Shown here: positions 30,132 to 40,255 of the stretch, piece by piece | Layout of the letters: each line of letters starts with the position of its first letter | Position numbering within the stretch: position 1 is the first letter of the stretch | Virus record (IMG/VR): IMGVR_UViG_3300047476_002043 | Span: 1-64,000 of that record | Direction: 5' to 3' (one strand) | Length of the DNA: 64,000 nucleotides | Source: a virus | Notes under the pieces: model-generated | Seen by the model: only the letters and a program-made list of their open reading frames with translations | The model's database searches: none | Told to the model about the DNA's origin: nothing | Program-made: the position numbers and the translations under genes

Positions 30132-31568
30132 TCAAGTTCCAGTACTCTCTTCTGCCTCAGTATCGTCGCTGATTCTAAGAACAGATTTCTTCTTGTCGAC
30201 GGTTCTGATGTACGTCATCGGCTGAAGTCTCACGGTACTAATCTTGCTACCGTGCATATTCTTCATCTGAAGACCTTGGAAGGTTGATCCAATGTCGACC
30301 GCCTGCGCACCAATGAAGTTGAGGCCGAGACTCTTGATCTTACTGCCGATACAGGCATAACACAGTCCGCCCTCAGCTTTGCAATAAAGCGGGGAACGGA
30401 TGTAGACATCTTTATCGGTATAAGCTGCGGCAGTCTCCGAGTTGATCGGGGTTAGGCCAGAGGGGCCGATGACGAATCTTCCTTGGTACCTACCGAGCTC
30501 TTCCTTGCTAAGGTTGATGCGAATTCCTTTGGTGGTTTTACAGTCGTCCATAACAACCTTCACATCCTGGAAGATGCGTAAGAGTGTTTTGGCCATGGCA
30601 CCACCTAGGGCGGTCAAGATACCACGAGAGTAAGAACCTTTGCGGATCTCGTTAGCGATGGCATCGAAGTTATTCTTGTTCCATCCTTCAGCAAGGCTGT
30701 TGGGGATGTTGACATATCCAGATGTTGCGCCGGATGTGAAGTCTTCGATAGCACCGACTGTAAGGAAGAGTTTCTTCCTGTGGATAGCCAAGGACTTGGT
30801 CGGGTTAACGGCCAAGTGGAAACCAAGACTATCATCACCCTTGAGGTACTCTCTATCCATCTTGAGCAACTCATTCTCGATCTTGTCAAGAACCAACGGA
30901 TCACTGAGCTGATCCTTGTGTTCCTCAAAGAGTTCCTTTTTACGGGCTTTGATTTTTGGATCAGTAGTGAAGCTGCGTTCTGTGATTGTAGGGACGGAGA
31001 TTTCCGCTAAGTGACCGATGAAGTATCCATGATCGATATACTTCCTGTACTCGACCATAGTAATCGTCCCGGCAAGGAGTCCGGCTGCGATCAGATCTTC
31101 AGTCTTACCGATATTCCAGACCGTGTTGATGTATGGGATCTTGTCGCCGAAGACACTAGCACCTACGATATAGTTCAAGACGAAACGACCGATGGTGGTT
31201 GTGGTTTCAGCTCCCTTGAAGTTAGCGATATCGCCTTCCTTAAGAACGATCTGGTCATAGATATCGAAGAGAGGTCCATCATCATCTTCTTTGATGTTCC
31301 ATAGAACGTCATCGCCGCCGTAAATGGTTAGGTACGATCTATGATTGGAAACGACCTTAATCACATCACCGACAGTGATCGGCGTTTGTGACATCAGCGT
31401 CTGAAGTGCAGTTGGGTCGACTTTCCAGTTACCATCAGGTTGAGCAGTTACCATCTCCACTACCTTGTTGTGCACAATGGCAGTGAAGTAGCTCAGAAGG
31501 ATCTTCCGTTCAAGCAACCGAGGCATCACTGCCGGAAGCTTAACGCACTTGGAAAAGGCTTCATTCAT
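30132..31568 (-). CDS. Virion RNA polymerase beta' subunit, C-terminal part (phiKZ gp80-like)
   Basis: TTIGRFVLN, DDCKT, IRSPLYC...LCYACIG zinc site and MKNMHG trigger-loop-like motif. Confidence 0.88.
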   Translation of the reverse strand: MNEAFSKCVKLPAVMPRLLERKILLSYFTAIVHNKVVEMVTAQPDGNWKVDPTALQTLMSQTPITVGDVIKVVSNHRSYLTIYGGDDVLWNIKEDDDGPLFDIYDQIVLKEGDIANFKGAETTTTIGRFVLNYIVGASVFGDKIPYINTVWNIGKTEDLIAAGLLAGTITMVEYRKYIDHGYFIGHLAEISVPTITERSFTTDPKIKARKKELFEEHKDQLSDPLVLDKIENELLKMDREYLKGDDSLGFHLAVNPTKSLAIHRKKLFLTVGAIEDFTSGATSGYVNIPNSLAEGWNKNNFDAIANEIRKGSYSRGILTALGGAMAKTLLRIFQDVKVVMDDCKTTKGIRINLSKEELGRYQGRFVIGPSGLTPINSETAAAYTDKDVYIRSPLYCKAEGGLCYACIGSKIKSLGLNFIGAQAVDIGSTFQGLQMKNMHGSKISTVRLQPMTYIRTVDKKKSVLRISDDTEAEESTGT

Positions 31569-32587
31569 GACGGTTGCCCTTGATTAGGATTAATGGTTGA
31601 TCCCACAACAGGTTGAGAAAGTTTCGTGAGAACGGCAACGATTCTTTCTTTGAATGCTTGGTTGATATTGAGTCGTGTGCACTCTTTCTCAAGTTCGACC
31701 AAATTCTTATCCAGACCCCACTCGGCCCTGTAGAACATGGAAGAAACACCAAGGATCGCGGTGTCATCGTATCCTTCAGCATTCAGACCGACGTAGTGAT
31801 CTAGGAAGAACTTGCATGATTTGCGATAGGCGACAACGTTACCATCCTCAACAGTTTGGCAGTACCAAGGATTGGAATCGTTTGAGGCTAGGTAGTACGG
31901 GAGGAATGAATCATCGATGATGTTGAGAATGTGAGGAGCAACGGCAGCCGTTGCTAAATCAACAGTGGTGACATAGACGGCACCGTTATCAGCCTTAGAC
32001 ATAGTTCCAATGCGGTTACTGACGACTGTGGTGTAGGCGACTACCTTGTTGGTGAAGTCACTCATCAGAACCGAGTTGTTGCTGTAGTGCTGTTCGATCA
32101 TCGCTCCTGTGAGCATGCTGTCGATGTGAGCATGGAAACTTTCATTGTTGCTGAAATGTTCCATGTATGTTTCCAGGTAGGAATAAACCGGAGATAGCGG
32201 GAATGTTCGGTTGAGTAAGCTAACGATCTCGTGGATCAGGTTAGACTCATCGTAGTCGTCTCCGATAAGAAGCGCACCAAGGATTTCTTTCAGATCCTGA
32301 TTGCCTCTGAGCAGCTCAGGGAAGTGATTGATGTCGAATACCGTGCGGAGATGGTAAATGACTTTGATGATGTTGGAGTCGGTGTACATGTCATCGCCAC
32401 ATTCCAGCATGATACCCATAGTGATCAATTCTTGGTTGACCTTGTTCAGGACCAGATTGAAGATTGTAGTATCACTAAGAACGTCTACGGTTTCGACTTC
32501 TGCCAGGTAGCTCTGTTCGTTGAGATAAGCTCGAACCATCGGGCTAACATCTCTGATGTTGAGGAGAAACTGCTCTCTTGCGTTCAT
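31565..32587 (-). CDS. Hypothetical protein coupled to the gp80-like gene
   Basis: 340 aa from MNARE with AGGAG RBS; ATGA overlap with the next gene. Confidence 0.75.
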   Translation of the reverse strand: MNAREQFLLNIRDVSPMVRAYLNEQSYLAEVETVDVLSDTTIFNLVLNKVNQELITMGIMLECGDDMYTDSNIIKVIYHLRTVFDINHFPELLRGNQDLKEILGALLIGDDYDESNLIHEIVSLLNRTFPLSPVYSYLETYMEHFSNNESFHAHIDSMLTGAMIEQHYSNNSVLMSDFTNKVVAYTTVVSNRIGTMSKADNGAVYVTTVDLATAAVAPHILNIIDDSFLPYYLASNDSNPWYCQTVEDGNVVAYRKSCKFFLDHYVGLNAEGYDDTAILGVSSMFYRAEWGLDKNLVELEKECTRLNINQAFKERIVAVLTKLSQPVVGSTINPNQGQPS

Positions 32588-32696
32588 GAGAACTCCTGAG
32601 GTTGTTGAGTGTGTAAACATAGGATGGTTTTACCGCCTCAAGTACAAATGAAACAAAAAAAAAGATCTAGCTTGGCCTGGGCCAAGCTAGATCTAA

Positions 32697-33182
32697 CTAA
32701 TCACCACCGAAGTCAACGACGATGATCTCTCTTTTCGGACACCAATCGTTGGCAATGTTTCGTATTGTTTCGGCATAATCTTCCCAGTTGCCTTTGGCCA
32801 AGCCACTACCGATATTCTTCGGTATAGCCAAGCTATCGACATCCGAGGTTGCTGTGGTGAGTTCAATGAAAGCCTCCCTGAATTTCTCAAGTCGACTGAC
32901 CGCACTATCCGGCCCAAAGAGAGCTGGCTTCCCTGGGTAGATTTGTGCGTAGAGATTAGCAACTCGTACTTTGACACCGAAGGGCATGTTCATTTCTCCT
33001 ATCAGGCATCTTCCGTATAACTCAACACATCGACGTCCTTGTCTAGTGTCGGTATCCGGATATTGTCTGTAGATTTTTTGAGCCAGTCCTTTCAGGTCTT
33101 CGCTGACGCAGTTGCATTGTTGAACGATGATGTGAGAATTGGCGTAGGAGAAGATGTTTCCCTTAACTAGCCTTAGTGACAT
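32697..33182 (-). CDS. Macrodomain (Appr-1''-p/TARG1/DarG-like) protein
   Basis: VKGNIF, IVQQCNC..GLA, VANLYAQ and AIPKNIGSGLAKGNW. Confidence 0.88.
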   Translation of the reverse strand: MSLRLVKGNIFSYANSHIIVQQCNCVSEDLKGLAQKIYRQYPDTDTRQGRRCVELYGRCLIGEMNMPFGVKVRVANLYAQIYPGKPALFGPDSAVSRLEKFREAFIELTTATSDVDSLAIPKNIGSGLAKGNWEDYAETIRNIANDWCPKREIIVVDFGGD

Positions 33183-33424
33183 GTTGCCACCTTGAGTCTG
33201 CTGAAAAATGTACGCATCTTGCCCATTCTCCCGGTTCTGTTGTAGGATATCGTGATATCGGCAAGGTAACGCAGTAAACCATTAGGGCTATCGATGCGGC
33301 GCTTTCCGATCACAGACATCACGTTGTTGAGGTGCTTCCTTCTCGTAGCCAACTTGACCACATGTCTAGCGGCAATGATTTGACGAAATTCATCAACCAA
33401 AGGTCTAAGCTCTTTGTACTTCAT
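33173..33424 (-). CDS. Small basic hypothetical protein
   Basis: 83 aa with overlapping stop/start. Confidence 0.6.
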   Translation of the reverse strand: MKYKELRPLVDEFRQIIAARHVVKLATRRKHLNNVMSVIGKRRIDSPNGLLRYLADITISYNRTGRMGKMRTFFSRLKVATCH

Positions 33425-33622
33425 CGGCGCTTTCTCCTTTTGATCACGCGTTTGAATTCACGCATGAGTTTTCGGCCTGGGTACATGGCGTAGTAAAAGT
33501 CTCCAGTAATGACGAAGGCATCGTCACAAGGGAGGGCTTCGGTGAAGATGTACTTCTGCCTAATGTTGACCGAGGCGTTAGTGCATTCCTCGGCCATCCA
33601 TTTAGCAGTCAGCTTATCCAAT

Positions 33623-33997
33623 TCAGTGCTGACCATAGCGCATCCTTCGGTAGACGTTTTCCTTGGCGCTTTGCATGAATGCATCCCAAGCGGCTTGACC
33701 GATATTTCTTCTGGCATGATCTTGTAGTACCGCCTCAAAATCGACACCGGTCGTCTCAAGGTCGACGGTGAGATTTCGCTTGGTTGGATAGAAGCTCTCC
33801 ACCAGAAGGCCAGTCACAAGCTTCTCAAAGAAAGTCATCCTGACAGACAACTTATTCCTGATGAACTCGCGAAACGTAAAGGGCGCTAGCCGGTTGCGGA
33901 TGGATTCCAAGGATGGGATAACCTGTATCGGCGGACCTTCGTCCTGCGGAAGTTCAGAGTCTGGAATGACTGAGATTGTAAGTTTGCTCATCGTCAC
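33623..33997 (-). CDS. Hypothetical protein
   Basis: 124 aa with AGGAG RBS. Confidence 0.55.
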   Translation of the reverse strand: MTMSKLTISVIPDSELPQDEGPPIQVIPSLESIRNRLAPFTFREFIRNKLSVRMTFFEKLVTGLLVESFYPTKRNLTVDLETTGVDFEAVLQDHARRNIGQAAWDAFMQSAKENVYRRMRYGQH

Positions 33998-34142
33998 TTT
34001 CTCCTTGTAGCGAAGAATGCTGGACGCTTGATGATGGGGATTGTGATGTTGTTCAGTGTGGCATCGATGAGCGTTGTATGACGCTCGTGGATGAAGGGTG
34101 AGTGGATGCGGATTTGGCGTGATGCTTTCGAATGCTTGACGA

Positions 34143-34715
34143 TCATGAGATTAATCCTTCTTCTCTTTGTTTTTGGACGGTCCGAACATCTTCGATGGCG
34201 AGATGTGTTTTGTAGCGCTCCTCTAAATCACTGAGGATTTTGTGAACGAGTGGTCGGATTGTCTTGGTGGATTCTGGACGTGTGTATCCGAAGACGTTCT
34301 CCACCTTATCCTTCAGTGCTATGTTTTTATCCTCGAAGTTGTTAACGACACAGTTGATCGTTAGGAGGAGTTCTCCTGGATAGATGACGCTTTTCTTATG
34401 GCTGAAGGTGCAAAAACTGTGCATGTGCCTACCGAAGTTGACTGATGCTTCGAATGGCTGGGAAACCAATTGCATCAGGAAGTCCGATATCTCAGCAATA
34501 TCGTCAGTTTCTAAGTAGCAATTCCTGTCAGTTGAAACAATGAACTTAGCCTGCTGACGCTCGTCGGGCTTGTTATACATCCTCCCGAGATTAGAACAGT
34601 TCGTGCATTGCTGCGCGAAGCCAATGGAGCGTTTATCATTACCGTCCTGGATGAAGACGCGAGTGCGAGGAGAAGTGAGTGTGAATTGGCAATAGGCACA
34701 GATTTCTAATTGCAT
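34143..34715 (-). CDS. Hypothetical protein with N-terminal zinc ribbon
   Basis: CAYC...CTNC. Confidence 0.7.
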   Translation of the reverse strand: MQLEICAYCQFTLTSPRTRVFIQDGNDKRSIGFAQQCTNCSNLGRMYNKPDERQQAKFIVSTDRNCYLETDDIAEISDFLMQLVSQPFEASVNFGRHMHSFCTFSHKKSVIYPGELLLTINCVVNNFEDKNIALKDKVENVFGYTRPESTKTIRPLVHKILSDLEERYKTHLAIEDVRTVQKQREEGLIS

Positions 34716-35298
34716 GATTTGCTCCTATTCATTTCGGTGGTTGGATCGGTTTGGGTTCTGTCGCCTCTTTGAGGAGGGCGAGGATAGTTTCGAAGTCTTC
34801 CTTGGAGCAGTTGATGTCATGACTAAGGTCGTTACATCCGGTAACACGAACGTTGAGACCGAGGCCTTTTACGATCGCGTCGAATGTATTCCAGAGGTAG
34901 TTACCTTTAGACGTTTCAGCGATCTCGTTGGGAACAACTTCTTCTTGGGCGAAGGGATGTCGTCTCACGACCCGTTTCCTTTGATGAGGGTTTGTATATG
35001 AGGTTGAAAAGGAATTTGCCAATATCCTCGTTAGTGAGTGTTGTATCTCTACTCATTTCCACAAGGTACCTGACAGGGTATTCATATCCTCCAAGTTCAA
35101 CCAACATTAGGCCACCAGGGCGATGCTTATCGGACAGGACGCTCTGTTGCTGTCTAATCAAGGCTAGGACAAGTCTTCTGGCGCACTTAGCCGCCTGTTC
35201 CTGATCTTCAAGACCCTCAATCAGTTGCATTACGCGACACAGTGCAGTGTCGTATAGGCATCCTTGCTCATGTAGGATTTCCCGAAGTCTTTTGAATT

Positions 35299-35547
35299 TC
35301 ACTTGTCCTCCTCCTTGATGACTGACGCATCCTGCCGCCAATTACAGTGGATGCAGGTTCGGCTTTGCTTTCCTGGATTACCAGGAGATGATTCCCAGCA
35401 TCCGTAACGATGCCGCCCCTCTGCGCAATCTTTCTTTTCGCGTTGGTACTTGTCGTAGGCGGATTGGTTGGCCCCGGCAAGAATGGCCAAACAAAGCGCC
35501 AGGATGGCAATGCCGAAAAGAGCCGGGAGAATTTCTTTGAATTTCAT
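35299..35547 (-). CDS. Membrane-anchored small C-H-C-C protein (paralog 1)
   Basis: TM helix followed by CAEGRHRYGCW...QSRTCIHCNWRQD. Confidence 0.75.
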   Translation of the reverse strand: MKFKEILPALFGIAILALCLAILAGANQSAYDKYQREKKDCAEGRHRYGCWESSPGNPGKQSRTCIHCNWRQDASVIKEEDK

Positions 35548-35813
35548 TTGCCGACTCCTTTGACTGCTTCGGTATCTTGCCGAAGATTGCAGTGTTTACA
35601 GAATCGCATTTGCTGACCCATGCTGAGTCCTGATGTGCACCAGGATCCGTACACATGGTGACCAGCTTCGCACTGAGCTCTCTCATCGGCTCGCTTCTTG
35701 TCGACGGTTCTGATGATGATGGCGGAACTGCACGCCACGACCGCTGTCCAGATAATAAACACCTGGACAACTTTTGCGCGGCGCGAGGTGAGAATTTCAA
35801 TCAGTCTTTTCAT
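35544..35813 (-). CDS. Membrane-anchored small C-H-C-C protein (paralog 2)
   Basis: TM helix followed by CEAGHHVYGSW...QMRFCKHCNLRQD. Confidence 0.75.
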   Translation of the reverse strand: MKRLIEILTSRRAKVVQVFIIWTAVVACSSAIIIRTVDKKRADERAQCEAGHHVYGSWCTSGLSMGQQMRFCKHCNLRQDTEAVKGVGK

Positions 35814-36121
35814 TTGTTGTCCTGTATTTTGAGTTTGTGGACTCGCGAATTCCATTTCGCAACGCTTTGATGAACATCTTCTCCGACGGGACCCAAAGAT
35901 CCACAGGAACCGCAACCTACGGCATTCTTGTAGATATTGAATTTCTTCTCATTCACGTTACCGCAGAATGGACAGAAGACGAGAGAGAAAGTCAATGTTC
36001 CTTTTTTGGATTGATCTTCTTGAACTGGAGGCTCCTCAGTCTTGACTTCCAAGGTTTTATTCCTGTTGACGAATCCGCCGAACAAGAACGATCCGATGAC
36101 GTCACCAATTTGCTTGAACAT
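35810..36121 (-). CDS. Lar family (restriction alleviation-like) zinc-ribbon protein
   Basis: CPFCG...CGSCGSLGP...VAKWNSR. Confidence 0.7.
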   Translation of the reverse strand: MFKQIGDVIGSFLFGGFVNRNKTLEVKTEEPPVQEDQSKKGTLTFSLVFCPFCGNVNEKKFNIYKNAVGCGSCGSLGPVGEDVHQSVAKWNSRVHKLKIQDNK

Positions 36122-36123
36122 GA

Positions 36124-37098
36124 TTATTCTCCGAATTCTTGTTTAGCGATCATGGTGATGAGTTTCTTGCAGGCTTCGTGATCATCGTAGAGATTGTTGT
36201 CGAAGTCGGTAACGCTTCGGTATCCAACCTTAGCACGAAGTTCTCGGTTGCTGCGGATTTTGATGAACCCAGGAACAAGGTGTGCCGGTTCCAGGATAGT
36301 GAAGTGCGCATCTTTCACAGACGAATTATAGACGGGGATAACCCATCCATATTCACCCTCGAGTGCTACAGCAACGCTGATTGCGCTCGGTTTGATGTGA
36401 TGCATGTATCGGTCAATGATGCACTTATGGAAAACTTCAGCGAACTCATCGCTGTAGAACTTCCTCAGCATGCTGTAGGCATTAGACCTAGCGGTCAGAA
36501 TAGCATCACGCCCACATGGGAGGTTCGCTTTGTGGCAGATTGTGTGGCATCTGGCCAGGGCTAATGGATCTTTGGTGCAAGCATCCGCAACTTCTACCAC
36601 ATCGATAATGCCATCGAAGGTTGGATAGATCAGAGCGTAATGACTAGGGTCACCGAACTCAATCATTCTCAACAATGTGAGATATATCTCGAGAAGGATG
36701 TCTTCATTCTTACTCCCGACTGAGGCCCAAGCGATACCACCGCGATGCACACTATTCAGAGATGTCACGCTGAATACGTCATTGATAGTCAGTTTGATAT
36801 CAAGTCGCGGTTCCATCGGACAGTTGGTTGGATTCAACATGTCGGTGATGATGGATGTGACGATGGATCGCATAGCGGAGCGATAACGTGTATCATCCAT
36901 GCTGAAGTCTTTGGGAGGAAACTTCTGTTGCATGTAACTTTCGATGAGGAACACAATAACGTTCTTATTCTCTTCGAGGTTGTTCTTATTAAGGCTTCTG
37001 GAATTGAGGAATGTCATGTGTGTCATGGGATTATCCTTTTGTGTTTTTGATGTTGAGATACGGGGCTCTTGACGTCCGTAAGTTATTCGAGGCCTCAA
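36124..37098 (-). CDS. Hypothetical protein (start uncertain)
   Basis: Long ORF; likely start at MTHMTF. Confidence 0.7.
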   Translation of the reverse strand: MRPRITYGRQEPRISTSKTQKDNPMTHMTFLNSRSLNKNNLEENKNVIVFLIESYMQQKFPPKDFSMDDTRYRSAMRSIVTSIITDMLNPTNCPMEPRLDIKLTINDVFSVTSLNSVHRGGIAWASVGSKNEDILLEIYLTLLRMIEFGDPSHYALIYPTFDGIIDVVEVADACTKDPLALARCHTICHKANLPCGRDAILTARSNAYSMLRKFYSDEFAEVFHKCIIDRYMHHIKPSAISVAVALEGEYGWVIPVYNSSVKDAHFTILEPAHLVPGFIKIRSNRELRAKVGYRSVTDFDNNLYDDHEACKKLITMIAKQEFGE

Positions 37099-37264
37099 GC
37101 AGGTGCTCGGTGGTTATGATCTCTCGCATAAGTATGAGACGGAGTTTTCCATCCTGATCAGGAACAACCGCCTTAAGTTCCCATCCCTCGAGGCCATGTC
37201 CTTTCAATGATGCTGTAGCATTTATAGGAGCAACGACCTCCTCGCAGTAATCGAAACGTCTCAT
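37031..37264 (-). CDS. DUF4177-like small protein
   Basis: FDY...LKGHGLEGWELKAV. Confidence 0.55.
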   Translation of the reverse strand: MRRFDYCEEVVAPINATASLKGHGLEGWELKAVVPDQDGKLRLILMREIITTEHLLEASNNLRTSRAPYLNIKNTKG

Positions 37265-37539
37265 GTTGTTTTCCTTAAAATTTCAAGATTGATTTCGGGT
37301 GAGGATCTCATGATTCCGCGCATGGCGCTAGCTTCATCACTACAGATGAGATCGGAAAGATCAGAATCTGCCGCAGGCTCGTAGTCGATCTTAAGTAAGT
37401 CAGATAGAGGATACTTCCTGATCTCATCTCCAGGGAATCTGTCGAAAATGAACGTCTCAGTCTTGTGGTAGAGATCGCGCAACTTTATATCACCTTTGAT
37501 GTAACCATAAGCATCCTCTACGGACACCGGTATGATCAC
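37261..37539 (-). CDS. Hypothetical protein
   Basis: 92 aa, packed operon. Confidence 0.6.
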   Translation of the reverse strand: MIIPVSVEDAYGYIKGDIKLRDLYHKTETFIFDRFPGDEIRKYPLSDLLKIDYEPAADSDLSDLICSDEASAMRGIMRSSPEINLEILRKTT

Positions 37540-37779
37540 CTATCTATGACATACGTTGTCTTGATCTACCCAAGAGAAAATGAAAAACGCATCGTCCTTT
37601 TTGTACAGTCTTTCCATTATTCCTTCGAACTCTATCAAGTCAACAACTTTCTTGTAGCTGCTCATGCGGTCAACGACCGGCGTACCAACTAAAGCTTGCA
37701 TGGAAATCTCCTTATTTTTTTTCTTGACTTCATCACTTAAGTAATGTATATCTACAAGATCTTCGAGTACAGCATCCAC
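37540..37779 (-). CDS. Hypothetical protein (start uncertain)
   Basis: 79 aa; the internal promoter motif at 37741-37748 and AAGGAG before MQALVG suggest a shorter product. Confidence 0.5.
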   Translation of the reverse strand: MDAVLEDLVDIHYLSDEVKKKNKEISMQALVGTPVVDRMSSYKKVVDLIEFEGIMERLYKKDDAFFIFSWVDQDNVCHR

Positions 37780-38436
37780 CTACCTGGCCGATGCCAGGTA
37801 GGTGGATGGTATATCTCCCATCGCAACGTAATGTCTACTGTTCTGATTGCGCTTGTAGCGCCACTCTGGAGAGATCTTGAATTTACCGTACATCATGGCG
37901 GTATTGTTGGGATAGACAGCGTTTACAGCGCAAGCGCGTTTAAGCTCCTTGTACTGCGGCATTTCGAACATCTGTCTAATCACTTGCTTATCGCTAAATG
38001 TAGAGAATCCACTACCGTCATGAACATTGCCCTTAATCATGAATTTACCGCGAAGCTCGATCACATCAGCTATGTCACTAAAGTGAGTACGAGCTTCTTT
38101 GCTGTGAGTTCCCCATGCGATGCAGTAACCTCTGGCTATAGTTACTCTGCTTCTTATCGATTTGCATCTTGCATAGAAGGCATGAATGAATTGCATGTCT
38201 TGATCATCGAGGATCGATTCGATGGTTAGGATCTTACCATTCCTCGTCTTGCTACTGATCTTGATGGTATTATCAACCTGTTCAAGAATCAATTCATCAT
38301 TGTTCCAAACATCATGAAGGTCTTGTGTTGTAGCTCGTCGAGAGATGATGATTTCATCATCCTTGCATAGAAGCTGCTTAACGGCTTCGAAAAACAGAGA
38401 GAATAATTTGGTTGGATCAACCGATTCTAAACTCAT
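37780..38436 (-). CDS. Hypothetical protein
   Basis: 218 aa with AAGGAG RBS. Confidence 0.75.
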   Translation of the reverse strand: MSLESVDPTKLFSLFFEAVKQLLCKDDEIIISRRATTQDLHDVWNNDELILEQVDNTIKISSKTRNGKILTIESILDDQDMQFIHAFYARCKSIRSRVTIARGYCIAWGTHSKEARTHFSDIADVIELRGKFMIKGNVHDGSGFSTFSDKQVIRQMFEMPQYKELKRACAVNAVYPNNTAMMYGKFKISPEWRYKRNQNSRHYVAMGDIPSTYLASAR

Positions 38437-39005
38437 TAGATTCTCCTTCGTTGGTTTGGGTGGCTCATAGAGTGATAACGACTACATTTACTTTAAATAT
38501 CTCTAAGGTCTCAATCCTCAATTTAAGAGTTTGTGATGTTCCCTACTCAGTGTTCTTTGTAATTCATTCCTTCGGCTTTAGAGTGTAGAATAACTTTGAG
38601 TTTTAGTTGATGATTTTTGCTTCGCCATCTTTTTTGAAAGATTCTTGATATCGATGAAATCTTACTTTGTTGTTCTACCCTTCCACTCAGGGAAGGGTAT
38701 AAGTTATGATATCTATAAATATTTTTTTAGTTGTTCTCGTGCGCGCTTGCGCGTATAGATACTAGTATTAAGATTACTTAATACTAGTTATATCTTTATT
38801 TATCTATTATTATTTCTTATATAAGAAGAAGTATTTATTAATATCTTCTTATACTCTTTAGAGTATAAGTTTATATTTATAAGTATCTTACGTAGTAAGA
38901 TACTTCCTTCTAGCAACGCAGGCCTGCGCGCGCGTATTTATAGTTGTCAAATTTAATTCCTAAGGGTAGTCATCTTATACCTAACCAATTTCAAGGAGCT
39001 CCCTA
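38437..39005. other. AT-rich, palindrome-dense intergenic region (origin candidate)
   Basis: No ORF; inverted repeats at 38676-38699, 38761-38788, 38814-38827, 38848-38869 and 38881-38905; flanked by GCGCGTA motifs. Confidence 0.6.
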
Positions 39006-39653
39006 ATGCCCGAAGATCCCAAAATCCACACCATCAGAGCTGAGGAAGATCCAACATTACCTCCTCCCGACTTAGCTATGCACTACGTCAACACAGTAAC
39101 CAAAGCCATCTGGCTCTCAGCAGGCATTGATACTGTTGATGACTGGATCCTGATCGTTCCTGCATCAAGAACAGTTACAGTTGGACCTGGCTTAGTTGGT
39201 GGTGGGGCACTGGATGACGATATCAGTATATCCATTGCCGATACCGATGTCACTGAGGGTACCTACCGTAACCCGCTCATGACAGTCAACTCAAGAGGTC
39301 AGGTTACTGATATCTCTGAAGGGCTAACTGGTAATGACGTTGTGCGTCGGTTGACGATCGGTATTGATGCTATCACTGATTCAACTTTCGATATACCGGA
39401 CCTCGTTCGAGTCATCGAAGTTAGAGTCGTCATCACAACGGCCTACGACAACAATGCTCGTATCTCTGTTGGTAAAGCTTCTAGTCCATCGTGCTATGCA
39501 ACGGACAACAAGAGCTACCCAGCTGCGATTGGCACTTATGTCTTTAGGCAGGATGTGTTTAGTGGTCTTGCTGCCGCTCCGCTACGAGTTAGCATCAGTA
39601 ACAATCCTACGGTTGGTGCTGGTGAAGTTGTGATCAAATACCTCCTTCCGTAA
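39006..39653 (+). CDS. Tail fibre-related protein
   Basis: GPGLVGGG...VTEGTY...TVNSRGQVT tail-fibre repeat motif; AAGGAG RBS. Confidence 0.65.
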   Translation: MPEDPKIHTIRAEEDPTLPPPDLAMHYVNTVTKAIWLSAGIDTVDDWILIVPASRTVTVGPGLVGGGALDDDISISIADTDVTEGTYRNPLMTVNSRGQVTDISEGLTGNDVVRRLTIGIDAITDSTFDIPDLVRVIEVRVVITTAYDNNARISVGKASSPSCYATDNKSYPAAIGTYVFRQDVFSGLAAAPLRVSISNNPTVGAGEVVIKYLLP

Positions 39654-39658
39654 GTTGA

Positions 39659-39693
39659 CGTTCTACTCCTCCCATGATGGGAGGAGTAGAACG
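39659..39693 (+). terminator. Intrinsic terminator
   Basis: CGTTCTACTCCTCCC-ATGAT-GGGAGGAGTAGAACG followed by a T tract. Confidence 0.85.
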
Positions 39694-39747
39694 CTTTTTG
39701 ATCATCCTATGGAACCATAATAATTCACCACCCAAGGGGTAACCTTT

Positions 39748-40233
39748 ATGCCCGATAGTACAGACATCATTGAAAATATCGTCGGTTTCATGACCGCCGA
39801 TGGTAAGGTGTGGCGACTTCCGACTGGAGTGGCTACAACCCTGAAGCAAGTCCTGGCCGTCACGAACGCATCGACAGGTCAGGTTGAATTCGTTACATTG
39901 ACCAAGACTGATCTTGGCTTAGGTAATGTGAGCAATGTTGACCAGTTACCAAGAAGTGCTGAATACGAAATGACAACAGCCGGAGTCGCTTACATGGTAG
40001 TTCAAGCCGACAACGGGAAGACTAAAGGCTGTGACACTGGAGTTGTTCTCGACGACCTCTTACCATTCACTCAAATCGTTGTGTTCAATGAAGCTAACGT
40101 TGACATCCCGTACACGCTTCCCGTTGGATACACCCAGAAAGGCGGTAATACGGATTCTAAAATCCGTAAACACACCTACGCCTCTTTCCAATGGATTTCT
40201 TCAACAGAGCTCCGCATTGCTTGCTCACCTTAA
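39748..40233 (+). CDS. Tail fibre-related protein
   Basis: VTLTKTDLGLGNVSN fibre motif. Confidence 0.6.
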   Translation: MPDSTDIIENIVGFMTADGKVWRLPTGVATTLKQVLAVTNASTGQVEFVTLTKTDLGLGNVSNVDQLPRSAEYEMTTAGVAYMVVQADNGKTKGCDTGVVLDDLLPFTQIVVFNEANVDIPYTLPVGYTQKGGNTDSKIRKHTYASFQWISSTELRIACSP

Positions 40234-40255
40234 CAACTAACATGGAGATGTTCTT

